DNA from: an uncultured delta proteobacterium
GTDB taxonomy: Bacteria; Desulfobacterota; Binatia; UBA9968
Reading direction: 5' to 3'
Length of the DNA: 64,000 nt
Assembly: GCA_963816145.1 (NCBI GenBank)
Contig: CAWFJP010000009.1
Coordinates: forward strand, 1 to 64,000
Shown here: positions 40,379 to 50,037 of the stretch, one piece after another
How positions within the stretch are numbered: the first letter of the stretch is position 1
Layout of the letters: each line of letters opens with the position of its first letter
Made by a program: the position numbers and the translations under genes
Notes under the pieces: generated by a model
Told to the model about the DNA's origin: nothing
The model's input: only the letters and a program-made list of their open reading frames with translations
The model's database searches: none

Positions 40379-41697
40379 CGACTGCCACCGCTTCTGGTTC
40401 TGACAACTCGCTAAAGGCGATATCGCGCTCCATCAATCGGCCGTCAATCACGCTTGGCGCAATCGTTCTAGCATTGGTGCTCGGCGCGATGCGGCTGCCG
40501 TTTTTGCAATACCTACGCCCGGTGGGCGATTTCTACATCGCCTTGTTGCAGATTTGCGTCCTGCCGTTTTTGCTCGCCACCATTCCTCTGGCGGTGCGTT
40601 CGGCCATGGCTAGCGGATCGGCGCCCGGCGTGCTTCGATCCCTGTTGTTCTGGGTGTTGATGACGCTGGTCGCGGTGGCTGCCGTATCGACGCTGATTCC
40701 AAGTCTATTTTTTGGCTATGCCGCGCCGGACGAGCAGATGATCACCAAAATCGGCACGTTGCTTGGGCGATCCGTCGACACCATCGATGTCGAATTCGCC
40801 ATCGACGCGCGTCACGCCGCGGAAATCAAAGGTGCCGCGGAGTCCGGCATTCTCGCCCTCATTCCGACCAACATATTCGCCTCGTTGTCCGCCAATGATA
40901 GTGTGCGCGTGTTGGTGTTCGCGGCGATCTTCGGCGTCGGCATGGTGCTGACGGAACGCCAATCCGGTCATTCGATTTTCGACGCTTTGCGCCATATCCA
41001 GGCGGTCTGCGCCCTGATCTTCGACTGGTTTAGCCTGCTGGTGCCGATCGGCATCGTCGCCCTGGTCGCGCCCCAGGTTGCGCGACTCGGATCGGATGCT
41101 TTCACGGCGCTGACGCTTTTCGCCTATCCATTTCTCGCCACCGGTGCGCTGCTGTTGCTGGCGGCGCCGATACTCTGTGCGTTCGCGTTGCGCGCTTCCG
41201 TCGCCGGTGTCTTCGGCTTTTTGCTGAAGCCCCTGATGCTCGCCGCCTCCACCCGCAATTCGCTGATTTGCGTTCCGCTAGCGCTTGAGACGCTGAAGCA
41301 CGACCTGAAGGTGCAAGACGAGCCTTGCGACCTGTACATTCCCATCGGCATTGCAACGATCCGCTTCGGCACCATCCTGTACTTCGTCATCGCCACGCTT
41401 TTTATGGGAATATTGATGGGGCGCCACTTCGCCCCGTTGGATCTGGGTTTGCTGGCGTTTTTCGCAGTGGCAGCATCGTTCGCCACCATCGGCGTCAGCG
41501 GCATTGCCGCGCTGGCACCGCTGGCGATCGTGCTGCGCCCCTTCGGCCTCTCCTATGAAGTCGCGGTGCCGCTCATGATCATCATCGACCCGCTCGCCGA
41601 TATGGTTCGGACCATGCTCAATGTCGGGATCAATTGTATGATCCCGACGCTCGCCGGCCGGCGGGCACCCTTGCCTATGACGCAGTCGTCGCGATAG
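40375..41697 (+). CDS. Dicarboxylate/amino acid:cation symporter (DAACS) family, atypical
   Basis: GDFYIALLQ..VLP, IPTNIF..L, STRNS (HP1), DMVRTMLN (TM8); ATGA overlap with the SBP gene. Confidence 0.85.
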   Translation: MTTATASGSDNSLKAISRSINRPSITLGAIVLALVLGAMRLPFLQYLRPVGDFYIALLQICVLPFLLATIPLAVRSAMASGSAPGVLRSLLFWVLMTLVAVAAVSTLIPSLFFGYAAPDEQMITKIGTLLGRSVDTIDVEFAIDARHAAEIKGAAESGILALIPTNIFASLSANDSVRVLVFAAIFGVGMVLTERQSGHSIFDALRHIQAVCALIFDWFSLLVPIGIVALVAPQVARLGSDAFTALTLFAYPFLATGALLLLAAPILCAFALRASVAGVFGFLLKPLMLAASTRNSLICVPLALETLKHDLKVQDEPCDLYIPIGIATIRFGTILYFVIATLFMGILMGRHFAPLDLGLLAFFAVAASFATIGVSGIAALAPLAIVLRPFGLSYEVAVPLMIIIDPLADMVRTMLNVGINCMIPTLAGRRAPLPMTQSSR

Positions 41698-41870
41698 TTG
41701 GTATTGCAATTGATTTAAGTTAAACGGTTGTCCGGTGCTTGTTTTGAAAGCCTCGGGAAATTTCCGAAGATTATAAGATCAGTCCGGACTTGCAGCTTCT
41801 GAACGACGGTGGCACGGTCGAACGCTAGTTTGCGTTCGCGCGAGAAAATTTGAAACGGAGAGAAAATCTT

Positions 41871-42653
41871 ATGTCTGCGCCAACGCCTGAAGAAATCGCC
41901 AAGCAATTTACCGCTCAGTATCAACCGATCGTCGATTTGAACACTGGTGGCGTTGCGGGATTTGAGGCGCTCGCGCGAGTCATTGACCCTGATGGCTCGC
42001 TAGTAACTGCCGGTGCGGTCATCGAGGAGATCGAGCGCGGGTCCGAGACGCTCAAAGCGCTCATCCGGACAATCTTGGCGGCGATCCGGCGTGACATGGT
42101 GCCACTATTCGACCGACATGATCATTTCTATGTCAGCGTCAATATTCCGCCGATCATCTTGGGCAGCGGTCAGGTTCTGCCGATCGTCGAGGAACTGCAG
42201 CTGACACCTTATCACAGTAGGATCGTGTGCGAGGTGACGGAGCGCCAAGCATTAACTTCCGTCGGGCGCTCGGCGTTGGAGGGTGCACGGCAAGCGGGGA
42301 TGAGCGTCGCTATCGATGATTTCGGCACCGGCCACAGCGGCTTGATGCAAATCGTCGGTCTCAACTTCGATATCCTCAAGATCGACCACTCGCTGATTGA
42401 AACCATTCTTACCGACCAAACCGCGGCGAGAATGCTGCGCGGCATTGTCGCCTTGGCTGCCGCGCTGCGTCTGCGCACCGTCGCTGAAGGAGTGGAAAGT
42501 TGGGAGGAAGCGTTTTTTCTTCGCGCCGCCGGTGTCGATTGCGGTCAAGGGTGGTTTTGGAGTAAGGCCGTTTCGGCGACGGACGCTTCCCGGTTGTTGG
42601 AAGAAGGTTATCCGCCGGAGCGGAATCATCGGTCTCCGTTAAAACAATCTTGA
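41871..42653 (+). CDS. Stand-alone EAL-domain c-di-GMP phosphodiesterase
   Basis: YQPIV, EALAR, SVN, EVTE, DDFGTGHS, KID, AEGVE, QGW. Confidence 0.9.
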   Translation: MSAPTPEEIAKQFTAQYQPIVDLNTGGVAGFEALARVIDPDGSLVTAGAVIEEIERGSETLKALIRTILAAIRRDMVPLFDRHDHFYVSVNIPPIILGSGQVLPIVEELQLTPYHSRIVCEVTERQALTSVGRSALEGARQAGMSVAIDDFGTGHSGLMQIVGLNFDILKIDHSLIETILTDQTAARMLRGIVALAAALRLRTVAEGVESWEEAFFLRAAGVDCGQGWFWSKAVSATDASRLLEEGYPPERNHRSPLKQS

Positions 42654-42666
42654 AAGGATTTGCGCC

Positions 42667-43503
42667 TTGGGCCCAGCAATACCGGCGGTTCGTTTTGTCC
42701 GGTCGATTTTTCATCCCTCTGACTTTTCCGCAGCCAGCGAGTTGGCGTTTGCCCACGCCCTTGCCATCGCGCTGATCCGAAAAACCGAGTTGATCATAAT
42801 GCACGCTCGCCGCGGTGAACGAGAAGACTGGTCCAAATTTCCGGCCGTTCGAAAGACTCTTTCGAGGTGGCAGGTGCTTGAGCCGGGGAGCCGACCCTTC
42901 GATGTTTTCCAAAGGCTCGGAATTGCTGTAACCAAGGTCAGCACGCGGGGCGATCCGGTGCGAGCGTGCATACGACAAATTGAGAAGCAAAAACCGGACT
43001 TGGTGGTGCTTGCCACACGCGGGCAGCGTGGCTTGCCGCTTTGGCTCAAACCATCAGTAGCTCAAGCGATCGCCCGTCGCAGCGAAGCGATGACGCTCTT
43101 TGTGCCCCGTGGTTGCCGCGGCATGGTGTCCATTGACGGAACCATTCATCTGCGCCGCATCCTGCTGCCGGTCGACAGCGAGCCCGATGCGCAAGAAGCC
43201 GTGGTTCGGGCGGTGCGTGCCGCCGAAGCCTTTGGTGATGAGGCGGTGGAAATTGTCCTGCTGCACGTCAACGGCGGCGAGTTCCCGAAACTTCAACTGC
43301 CCGAAGGTAAAGACTGGGGATGGAAGGAAGTGCGCCGCCACGGTAACGTCGTGCCTGTGATCCTCGAAGCCGCCGAGCAGGCGGATCTGATTGTCATGAC
43401 GACCGAAGGTCGGCATGGCGTTGTTGATGCGTTGCGCGGCAGTGTGACGGAGGGTGTCGTGCGCGGCGCGCCTTGTCCGGTTTTGGCGGTGCCGGCAAGG
43501 TAA
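42667..43503 (+). CDS. Tandem universal stress protein
   Basis: IFHPSDFS, DLVVLAT, ILLPVD, DLIVM, GSVTE.V.R.APCPVL. Confidence 0.88.
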   Translation: MGPAIPAVRFVRSIFHPSDFSAASELAFAHALAIALIRKTELIIMHARRGEREDWSKFPAVRKTLSRWQVLEPGSRPFDVFQRLGIAVTKVSTRGDPVRACIRQIEKQKPDLVVLATRGQRGLPLWLKPSVAQAIARRSEAMTLFVPRGCRGMVSIDGTIHLRRILLPVDSEPDAQEAVVRAVRAAEAFGDEAVEIVLLHVNGGEFPKLQLPEGKDWGWKEVRRHGNVVPVILEAAEQADLIVMTTEGRHGVVDALRGSVTEGVVRGAPCPVLAVPAR

Positions 43504-43668
43504 AGGATCGAGTCGGGAGTGAGGTTTAACGGTTCACAGCGGTTGGCAATTAGCGTCAACCGCACCCGAGTTGCCAGGGTTGAACGATCCGCCGAAGTTT
43601 TCTTTCTCTGCGCCGAGGCGATTGATGCACTAAATTCGAGTGCCGAAACAAACTTTGTATGATGTTGT

Positions 43669-44916
43669 ATGCGAGCGTCGGATATGAAACAAGAGCCAAA
43701 TTCTGTTACATCCCAAGCGTCAACTTCGACTAACGATCGGCTCCTAGAATCACAGGACTTCTCACTGGTCCTTGGCGGGCCGCTATTCCAGCTGCTGCGC
43801 GTGTCGCATCTGTCCGGGGACGCACTGGAATTGTTGCAGCAAAGAATACTCATACTCACGCTGCTCGCTTGGGTGCCACTGCTGGCGCTCTCAGCTCTGG
43901 AGGGACAGGTTCTGGGCGGCCGCGCCGCCGTGCCTTTTCTGCTGGACGTGGAAGCGCATGTCCGCTTTCTTGTCGCGCTGCCGCTGCTGATTGTTGCGGA
44001 GTTGGTAGTTCATCAGCGCATGCGCTTCGTAGTGCGGCAATTTCTGGAGCGTAATTTGATTCCCGCAAGCGCTTTGCCACGGTTCGATGCCGCCATCGCG
44101 TCAGCCTTTCGTTTGCGAAACTCGGTTCTCGCCGAGGTGCTGCTGATCGCAGTTGTATACATCGTCGGAATCCTGATTATCTGGCGCCATTACGTGGCGC
44201 TTTCCACCGCCACTTGGTACGCGGTGCCGACCGCCGGGGGTTTGCAGCTCTCGCTCACCGGCATGTGGTATGGATATGTGAGCCTGCCGCTCTACCAGTT
44301 CCTGCTGGTGCGCTGGTATTATCGCATCCTTATCTGGACGCGTTTTCTCTGGCAGGTGTCACGCATCGAATTGAGCCTGATTCCGACCCATCCTGACCGT
44401 GTCGGCGGTCTGGGGTTTCTCGCCAACACGGTCTACGCCTTCATTCCGCTGGCGGTGGCGCACGGTGCCATGCTTGCGGGACCGATCGCCAACCGTATTT
44501 TCTACCTCGGCGCCGGGCTGCCTGAGTGGAAGGCCGAGATCGCCGTCCTGGTCGGCTTTCTGCTGTGCCTAGTGCTCGGTCCGCTCTTGGTGTTCGCGCC
44601 TCAGCTTGCTCAGGCGAAGCGGACAGGCAATCGCGAATATGGCACGCTTGCCGAGCGTTATGTGCGCGAGTTCGACACCAAGTGGTTGCGCGGCGGCGCG
44701 CCTGCCGATGAGCCGTTGGTTGGCAGCGCCGATATCCAGTCCCTCGCCGATCTGGTCAACAGTTTCGAGGTTGTGAAGACGATGCAAATCGCGCCGATTA
44801 CAAGAGACGCAGTGATTCGCTTGGTGGCCGCGACGCTCGCGCCGGTTGTGCCTTTGGCGCTCACCATGATGCCCCTGGAAGAGCTATTGAAGAAGCTTTT
44901 CGGCATACTGTTGTAG
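43669..44916 (+). CDS. Conserved hypothetical polytopic membrane protein
   Basis: FSLVLGGPL, HPDRVGGLGFL, YG.LA..YVREFD.KW, GSADIQSLADL.NSF; a paralog fragment lies at 3277. Confidence 0.8.
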   Translation: MRASDMKQEPNSVTSQASTSTNDRLLESQDFSLVLGGPLFQLLRVSHLSGDALELLQQRILILTLLAWVPLLALSALEGQVLGGRAAVPFLLDVEAHVRFLVALPLLIVAELVVHQRMRFVVRQFLERNLIPASALPRFDAAIASAFRLRNSVLAEVLLIAVVYIVGILIIWRHYVALSTATWYAVPTAGGLQLSLTGMWYGYVSLPLYQFLLVRWYYRILIWTRFLWQVSRIELSLIPTHPDRVGGLGFLANTVYAFIPLAVAHGAMLAGPIANRIFYLGAGLPEWKAEIAVLVGFLLCLVLGPLLVFAPQLAQAKRTGNREYGTLAERYVREFDTKWLRGGAPADEPLVGSADIQSLADLVNSFEVVKTMQIAPITRDAVIRLVAATLAPVVPLALTMMPLEELLKKLFGILL

Positions 44917-44937
44917 GATGAATATCGCAGAGGTAAA

Positions 44938-45096
44938 ACCCGAAGCACGAAATTCGAAACAAAGCGCAGCCAAATGAATGTCAAACTTGAAAAACTCAAA
45001 ACACCGGCTCCGCTGCCCCCGTTTGAAACATTTCATTTGTTATATGTTTCATGGTTTGGAAATTGTTTCGAATTTCGATATTCGGATTTCGGATTT
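44938..45096. repeat. Heptamer-armed inverted repeat (cgaaatt/aatttcg family)
   Basis: cccgaagcacgaaattcgaaac ... gtttcgaatttcgatattcggatttcgg. Confidence 0.7.
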
Positions 45097-45099
45097 TGA

Positions 45100-46182
45100 T
45101 TGAACCGGATGCCGTTGAAAACTTGCTCTCTATCCGAGCGGTCGCTCTGGCTTTTTTCGCGCCGCGCCGATTTTTGGCTCGCCTGCGGCGGGGCTTCAGT
45201 CGGACTGCTGGCGGCGATGGGTCTAGTCTTCCTTCATGGCGACCGGGAACTCGACGCCGTCGATTTCGTACTATCCGAGTTTCATCTGGGAGCGACCTAC
45301 GGCGCCATCATCCAGCGGCGGTTGTGGCGTGATCGACGGATCGATGTGTTGCTGATTCCGCTGGTCATTCTAGCGCTGACTTATGCGCTTTCGATGAGCG
45401 GCCAAGCGATCTTGCTGACTTCGATCGCGATGTATACCGCGGTCTGGCACCGTGGCCGGCAGAGTCTCGGCGTGGCGCGATTTTATCAGCGTGGATCAGG
45501 AGGGCCGGTATCGCAGGCGCACAATATATTGTTCCGTGGAGCCATCTATCTGCCGATGCTGGCGGCGACGCTTGCCTACACCCATTTGGCATCCACAGAC
45601 TACGAAGGAAAACCATATTTGGCCCTGGACGGCGGCGCAGAAATTACTTCGTTAATCGGCTTCGCCGCTGTGTGCTGGGTTATCGCTTATTTTGTCTTCA
45701 CGCTTTTTCAAACCGACAACGGGCGGCTGAGTCGCGCGGATCGGACGCGAGGTTTGCTAGTTCATCCGGGTGAGTATTGGGTGGTTCTGGCCCATGTCAT
45801 CGCCTTTGGCAGCGCTTACGCGCTCGGTGCCTCGAATGCGTCGTTTGTGTTGGTTCTCGCCGTCCATCATGAAGTGCAATACCTCTATTTTAGCTATGCT
45901 ATGGCGCGGCGGCAGGTGCCATATAATGGCGTGACGGAAACGGCTAGTGACGTATCAACGAAAAGTATCAGTTTTAAATCTTCGTACAATGCTGGTGATC
46001 TGCCACGCCGCGAATTGAAATCCGCCGCTTCTTTTCTTCTCTGGCCCGTTGTTGGTTTTGTCGGAGCCATTGTCGGCGGTTGGCTCCAACTCAAGTGGCT
46101 GGCGCCGTTGGGATTGGGCGGGCTTTTTTGTCATTACTGGCTCGATGGCCGCATCTGGATTCGCCGGTCGTTTCTGAGGTGA
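45100..46182 (+). CDS. Hypothetical membrane protein with spaced His motifs
   Basis: Multiple TMs; HLGATY, WHRGRQ, HHEVQY, HYWLDG.IW. Confidence 0.72.
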   Translation: MNRMPLKTCSLSERSLWLFSRRADFWLACGGASVGLLAAMGLVFLHGDRELDAVDFVLSEFHLGATYGAIIQRRLWRDRRIDVLLIPLVILALTYALSMSGQAILLTSIAMYTAVWHRGRQSLGVARFYQRGSGGPVSQAHNILFRGAIYLPMLAATLAYTHLASTDYEGKPYLALDGGAEITSLIGFAAVCWVIAYFVFTLFQTDNGRLSRADRTRGLLVHPGEYWVVLAHVIAFGSAYALGASNASFVLVLAVHHEVQYLYFSYAMARRQVPYNGVTETASDVSTKSISFKSSYNAGDLPRRELKSAASFLLWPVVGFVGAIVGGWLQLKWLAPLGLGGLFCHYWLDGRIWIRRSFLR

Positions 46183-46294
46183 AAGAGAAACCCATTGGTG
46201 CGCCATGGCGGTGCGCGTCCGGGTGTGCGTGAATCTCCGCGAAACGATAAGATAAAAAATTTTAACAGAAGAAAATTGGCAGAAGGGATTTTAT

Positions 46295-46359
46295 CAGGAG
46301 GTAACGGAGAGACAGAGATGGATTATTTGGAGAACTCCGTTTTCTCTGTTTGCTTCTGT
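46295..46359. repeat. ACAGGAG-family REP-like hairpin (other copies 28644-28709, 31137-31203, 57838-57900, 58403-58467)
   Basis: caggag..aacggaga ... ctccgt..tctctgtt..ct.ctg. Confidence 0.78.
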
Positions 46360-46552
46360 TGAAGAATGGAATTCGAATTAGACGAATTTCTGGGCATCGC
46401 GCGTCGCTTCCAAGTGTCGCTTCTTTGTTGCGTTCAGGTCGGCCGGCGAATCCTCCACTTGAGCCTATGAGACCGGCAATGGCATCAATGGGCGTGAACT
46501 TGCCGTTGCGGAGGGGTGCGTTGCAACCCGCCCGGCGGTTCCCGGATGAACC

Positions 46553-47617
46553 TTGCTGGCAGTGGCATATTTTTTTGGCATGATGAAGCTGTCGTCACTT
46601 ATTGGCACCAACATGAGCGATAAAAAACCTCCGCCGGGCGCGTTCCAGTGGCGATCCGGCAATACGTTAGCGCATGGTTTGATTGGCTTCTTGGGCGCTA
46701 CGATTTGTTTGGCGCTCGGCTGTGCGCCGGTTCCTACGGCGAAATCAAGCTCGTCCAGCCAGTCACAAAGCGAAACAGGCGCGTCACAAATCACTCTCGA
46801 TCAACTGCGCAATGCGACCTATCGCGGCATATATGATCGCGCGGTGACGCTGACCGATGGCAAATACGATGGAACGCCGTTTCAACCGGGAGCTGCGGCC
46901 CGACCACGGCTGGTCTTGGCCGGCAATTTGGTGGCGCGCGGCGATCTGGACCATGACGGCGCCGACGATGCGGTCGTTCTGCTCGCCGAAAGCTCCGGCG
47001 CAAGCGGCACGTTTAATTATCTAGCCCTGGTTGCAATACAAGACGGCAATCCGCGCAATGTCGCCACCGAGCCCCTCGGTGATCGCGTCCAATTGCGCTC
47101 GATGACAATCCTCGACGGGCAGCTGATCGTTGACCTGGTGGCGCATGGCCCGAGCGAGGCTATGTGCTGTCCGACGCTCAAGCTGCGGCGCACGCTGGCG
47201 CTCCGCGGCGATCGCTTAATTGAAGTCAGACGGGAGGAGATGGGCCCGATCTCGGTTGCTGATTTGGCAGGCGTTACCTGGATGTTGGAAGAAATCAGCT
47301 TCGGCGAGCCGGTGGCGGTGGTGCCCGCGATCAGCTTGCGAATCGACAAGAATCAAATTGTCGGTGCCGCCGGTTGCAACAACTATTTCGCGCCGTACAC
47401 CAGCGACGGGCCCGGTAAGCTCAAGGTGGCGGCGCCCGGAGCGACACGCAAAGCCTGCAGTGATCCAATTATGAATCTGGAATCGCGCTATCTCAAAGCG
47501 CTGGAAGACGTAACGTCGTACAGTTTTGTCGCCGGGCGCCTTGCCTTGACCTATCGGCGCGAGGGCGCTGTCGCTTCGCTGTTGTTTACACCGAGTGTTA
47601 AGTCGCTCGCTGATTGA
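46553..47617 (+). CDS. META (HslJ) domain lipoprotein
   Basis: Lipobox LALGC; LRNATY.G, GDLD.DG; C-terminal L.G..W.L, G.AGCNNY, ATRKAC, E.RYL.AL. The start is probably ~46613. Confidence 0.82.
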   Translation: MLAVAYFFGMMKLSSLIGTNMSDKKPPPGAFQWRSGNTLAHGLIGFLGATICLALGCAPVPTAKSSSSSQSQSETGASQITLDQLRNATYRGIYDRAVTLTDGKYDGTPFQPGAAARPRLVLAGNLVARGDLDHDGADDAVVLLAESSGASGTFNYLALVAIQDGNPRNVATEPLGDRVQLRSMTILDGQLIVDLVAHGPSEAMCCPTLKLRRTLALRGDRLIEVRREEMGPISVADLAGVTWMLEEISFGEPVAVVPAISLRIDKNQIVGAAGCNNYFAPYTSDGPGKLKVAAPGATRKACSDPIMNLESRYLKALEDVTSYSFVAGRLALTYRREGAVASLLFTPSVKSLAD

Positions 47618-47953
47618 CCGGCCGTCCAGAGAAACCCGATGAGATGATTACCCTCGATCGTGGGGCGCCGACGTGGTAGGAATTGCGGATTCGGAACCGG
47701 ATAATTAACCGCAAAGGGCGCAAAGAACGCAAAATTCGGCAAGGACAACTCGCGACAAAGGACATGGATTCGACCTCACTCACCACAGGCTCCGAGCACG
47801 CAGAAAGAGACTTAACTTCCGAACCTTCGTGTCCTTCGTGCCATCGTGGTGAAAAAGTCATTACAGTAAACCGGGAAGCAGCGACGTGATAACTGATTAA
47901 GCGCCCAGTAGCGGCTTCGTTCAAAAACTAGGTCGACCGATCGGAGGGGCTGA

Positions 47954-49072
47954 ATGGACAATTCTTTGCGAGACCTGACTCACACCACTCTGCTTTTACT
48001 GTTTATCGGCCTGCTCATCGGCGGCAGCTTTTGGATTCTCAAGCCATTTCTGTTGGCGCTGATCTGGGCGATTATGATCGTGGTGGCGACCTGGCCGCTG
48101 TTGCTTGGCGCGCAGTCATGGCTCGGCGGCCATCGCTGGCTCGCCGTAGTGGTCATGATCGCCGGCGCGATGATGATCCTGATCGCGCCGATCACCCTCG
48201 CCGTCATCACCGTCGTCGATCACTCGCTGGATATCGTCGCTGGCTCAAAGTCGCTGCTATCCTTCGCCACGGCGCCACCCCCCGATTGGGTGGAACATCT
48301 GCCGGTGATCGGTGAGAAAATCGCCACCGAATGGCGCAGACTTGCGGCCGGCGGCACCGAGGGGTTGGCGGTGCGCGGACTGCCATATGTCGACGATATT
48401 GTCGGCTGGTTCGTCAGCCAGGTTGGCGGATTGGGAATGATGCTGCTCCATTTTGCACTGACGCTGCTAATCGCGGCTATTCTATATTCTAACGGCGATA
48501 TCGCCGCCGAGGCGGCGCGCCGATTCGCCGCGCGCCTCGGCGGTGCGCAGGGCGAGAACGCGCTAAGTCTCGCGGCCCAAGCGATTCGCGGTGTCGCGCT
48601 CGGCGTCGTGGTAACGGCAGTGGTCCAGTCGGCGCTGGCGGGCGTCGGCCTGGCGCTGGTTGGCATTCCTTACGCGGCGATCCTGAGCGCGGTCATGCTG
48701 TTATTGGGGATCGCGCAGATCGGACCGATGCCGGTGCTGGTTCCCGCGGTGATCTGGTTGTACTGGGCTGGCCATGCCGGCTTGGGCACGGTGCTCTTGG
48801 TGTGGACCGCCGTTGTCGGCACGATGGATAATTTTTTGCGCCCCATGCTGATTCGGCGCGGCGCCGATCTGCCGCTCTTGCTCATCTTCGCCGGCGTGAT
48901 CGGCGGCTTGTTCGCCTTCGGCGTGATCGGGCTGTTCGTCGGCCCGGTAGTGCTGGCGGTAACCTACACTTTATTCAATGCTTGGGTCGAGGGCGCGGCG
49001 CCCGAGTCTGTGGCCGGGATTGCGGCCACTACCGCGAAGGCAAATAATGAATTAGGCAACGATGGAACGTAA
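47954..49072 (+). CDS. ydiK: AI-2E family transporter (YdiK-like)
   Basis: WA.MIVVATWP, PPPDWV..LP, IRGVALGVVVTA, AQIGP, DNFLRP.LI.RGADLP. Confidence 0.9.
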   Translation: MDNSLRDLTHTTLLLLFIGLLIGGSFWILKPFLLALIWAIMIVVATWPLLLGAQSWLGGHRWLAVVVMIAGAMMILIAPITLAVITVVDHSLDIVAGSKSLLSFATAPPPDWVEHLPVIGEKIATEWRRLAAGGTEGLAVRGLPYVDDIVGWFVSQVGGLGMMLLHFALTLLIAAILYSNGDIAAEAARRFAARLGGAQGENALSLAAQAIRGVALGVVVTAVVQSALAGVGLALVGIPYAAILSAVMLLLGIAQIGPMPVLVPAVIWLYWAGHAGLGTVLLVWTAVVGTMDNFLRPMLIRRGADLPLLLIFAGVIGGLFAFGVIGLFVGPVVLAVTYTLFNAWVEGAAPESVAGIAATTAKANNELGNDGT

Positions 49073-49356
49073 ATTTCCAAGCGACCCGCGCAATACCACA
49101 GATGATCATGAGGATGCCAGAGACTTGGGGTAGAAAAGGCCGGGAGAAAAGAGTGGCGAGTGTAGAGTGTCGAGGGGAAATTCTTGATTCCCCGCGATAC
49201 GCGCTGTTTCTCACTTTTCCTCGTTCCTCGACACCCGACCCTCGTCCCTTCGTTCCACCAAGCGCTTGTCGACCGGCGCAATAGCATGAAGTGATATTAG
49301 GCCTTTGGCCGATCGATCGTGACAGCCAAAGCGTGCCGATCAACAGATATAAATCA

Positions 49357-50037
49357 ATGCGTATCCTGGTTGTCGAAGACACCATAAAAGTCGCCAGTTT
49401 CATTCAACGCGGTCTCGAGGCGAGCCAGTATCAAGTCGATGTCGAACACGATGGCGAGGCTGGGTTGAACCGCCTGATGGTCGAAGACTACGACCTGGCG
49501 ATTCTCGACGTCATGTTGCCGAAAATGGACGGCTTCAGCGTTATTAAGGCCATGCGCAAACAAGGCGTCAAAGTGCCGGTCTTGTTGCTCACCGCCCGCG
49601 GCGCGGTGGAAGACAAAGTCGCCGGCCTCGATGTCGGCGCCGACGACTACCTGACAAAGCCTTTCGCCTTCGAAGAACTTTTAGCGCGCGTGCGCGCGTT
49701 ATTGCGCCGCGGCGCTGCCGCGCCGGAGATGCTGGAGCTTGCGGACTTACGCCTCGACCCGGCGAAGCGACAGGTGACGCGGGCCAACAAGCGCATCGAT
49801 CTAACGGCCAAAGAGTTCGCTTTGCTCGAATACTTGTTGCGCCGTCAAGGACAGGTCCTAAGCCGCTCTGTGATCGCCCAACATGTCTGGGGTGTCGATT
49901 ACGATACCTTTACCAACGTCATCGATGTTTACGTAAATTATTTGCGCAAGAAGATCGATTCGGACTTCCAAATCAAACTACTCCATACCGTGCGCGGCGC
50001 CGGCTATGTGCTCAAAGCAGAAGCGCCAGAATCATGA
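49357..50037 (+). CDS. OmpR-family response regulator (CusR/CzcR/MprA-like)
   Basis: ILVVED, LDVMLP, LLTAR, GADDYLTKPF, NVIDVYVNYLRKKID, HTVRGAGY. Confidence 0.95.
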   Translation: MRILVVEDTIKVASFIQRGLEASQYQVDVEHDGEAGLNRLMVEDYDLAILDVMLPKMDGFSVIKAMRKQGVKVPVLLLTARGAVEDKVAGLDVGADDYLTKPFAFEELLARVRALLRRGAAAPEMLELADLRLDPAKRQVTRANKRIDLTAKEFALLEYLLRRQGQVLSRSVIAQHVWGVDYDTFTNVIDVYVNYLRKKIDSDFQIKLLHTVRGAGYVLKAEAPES

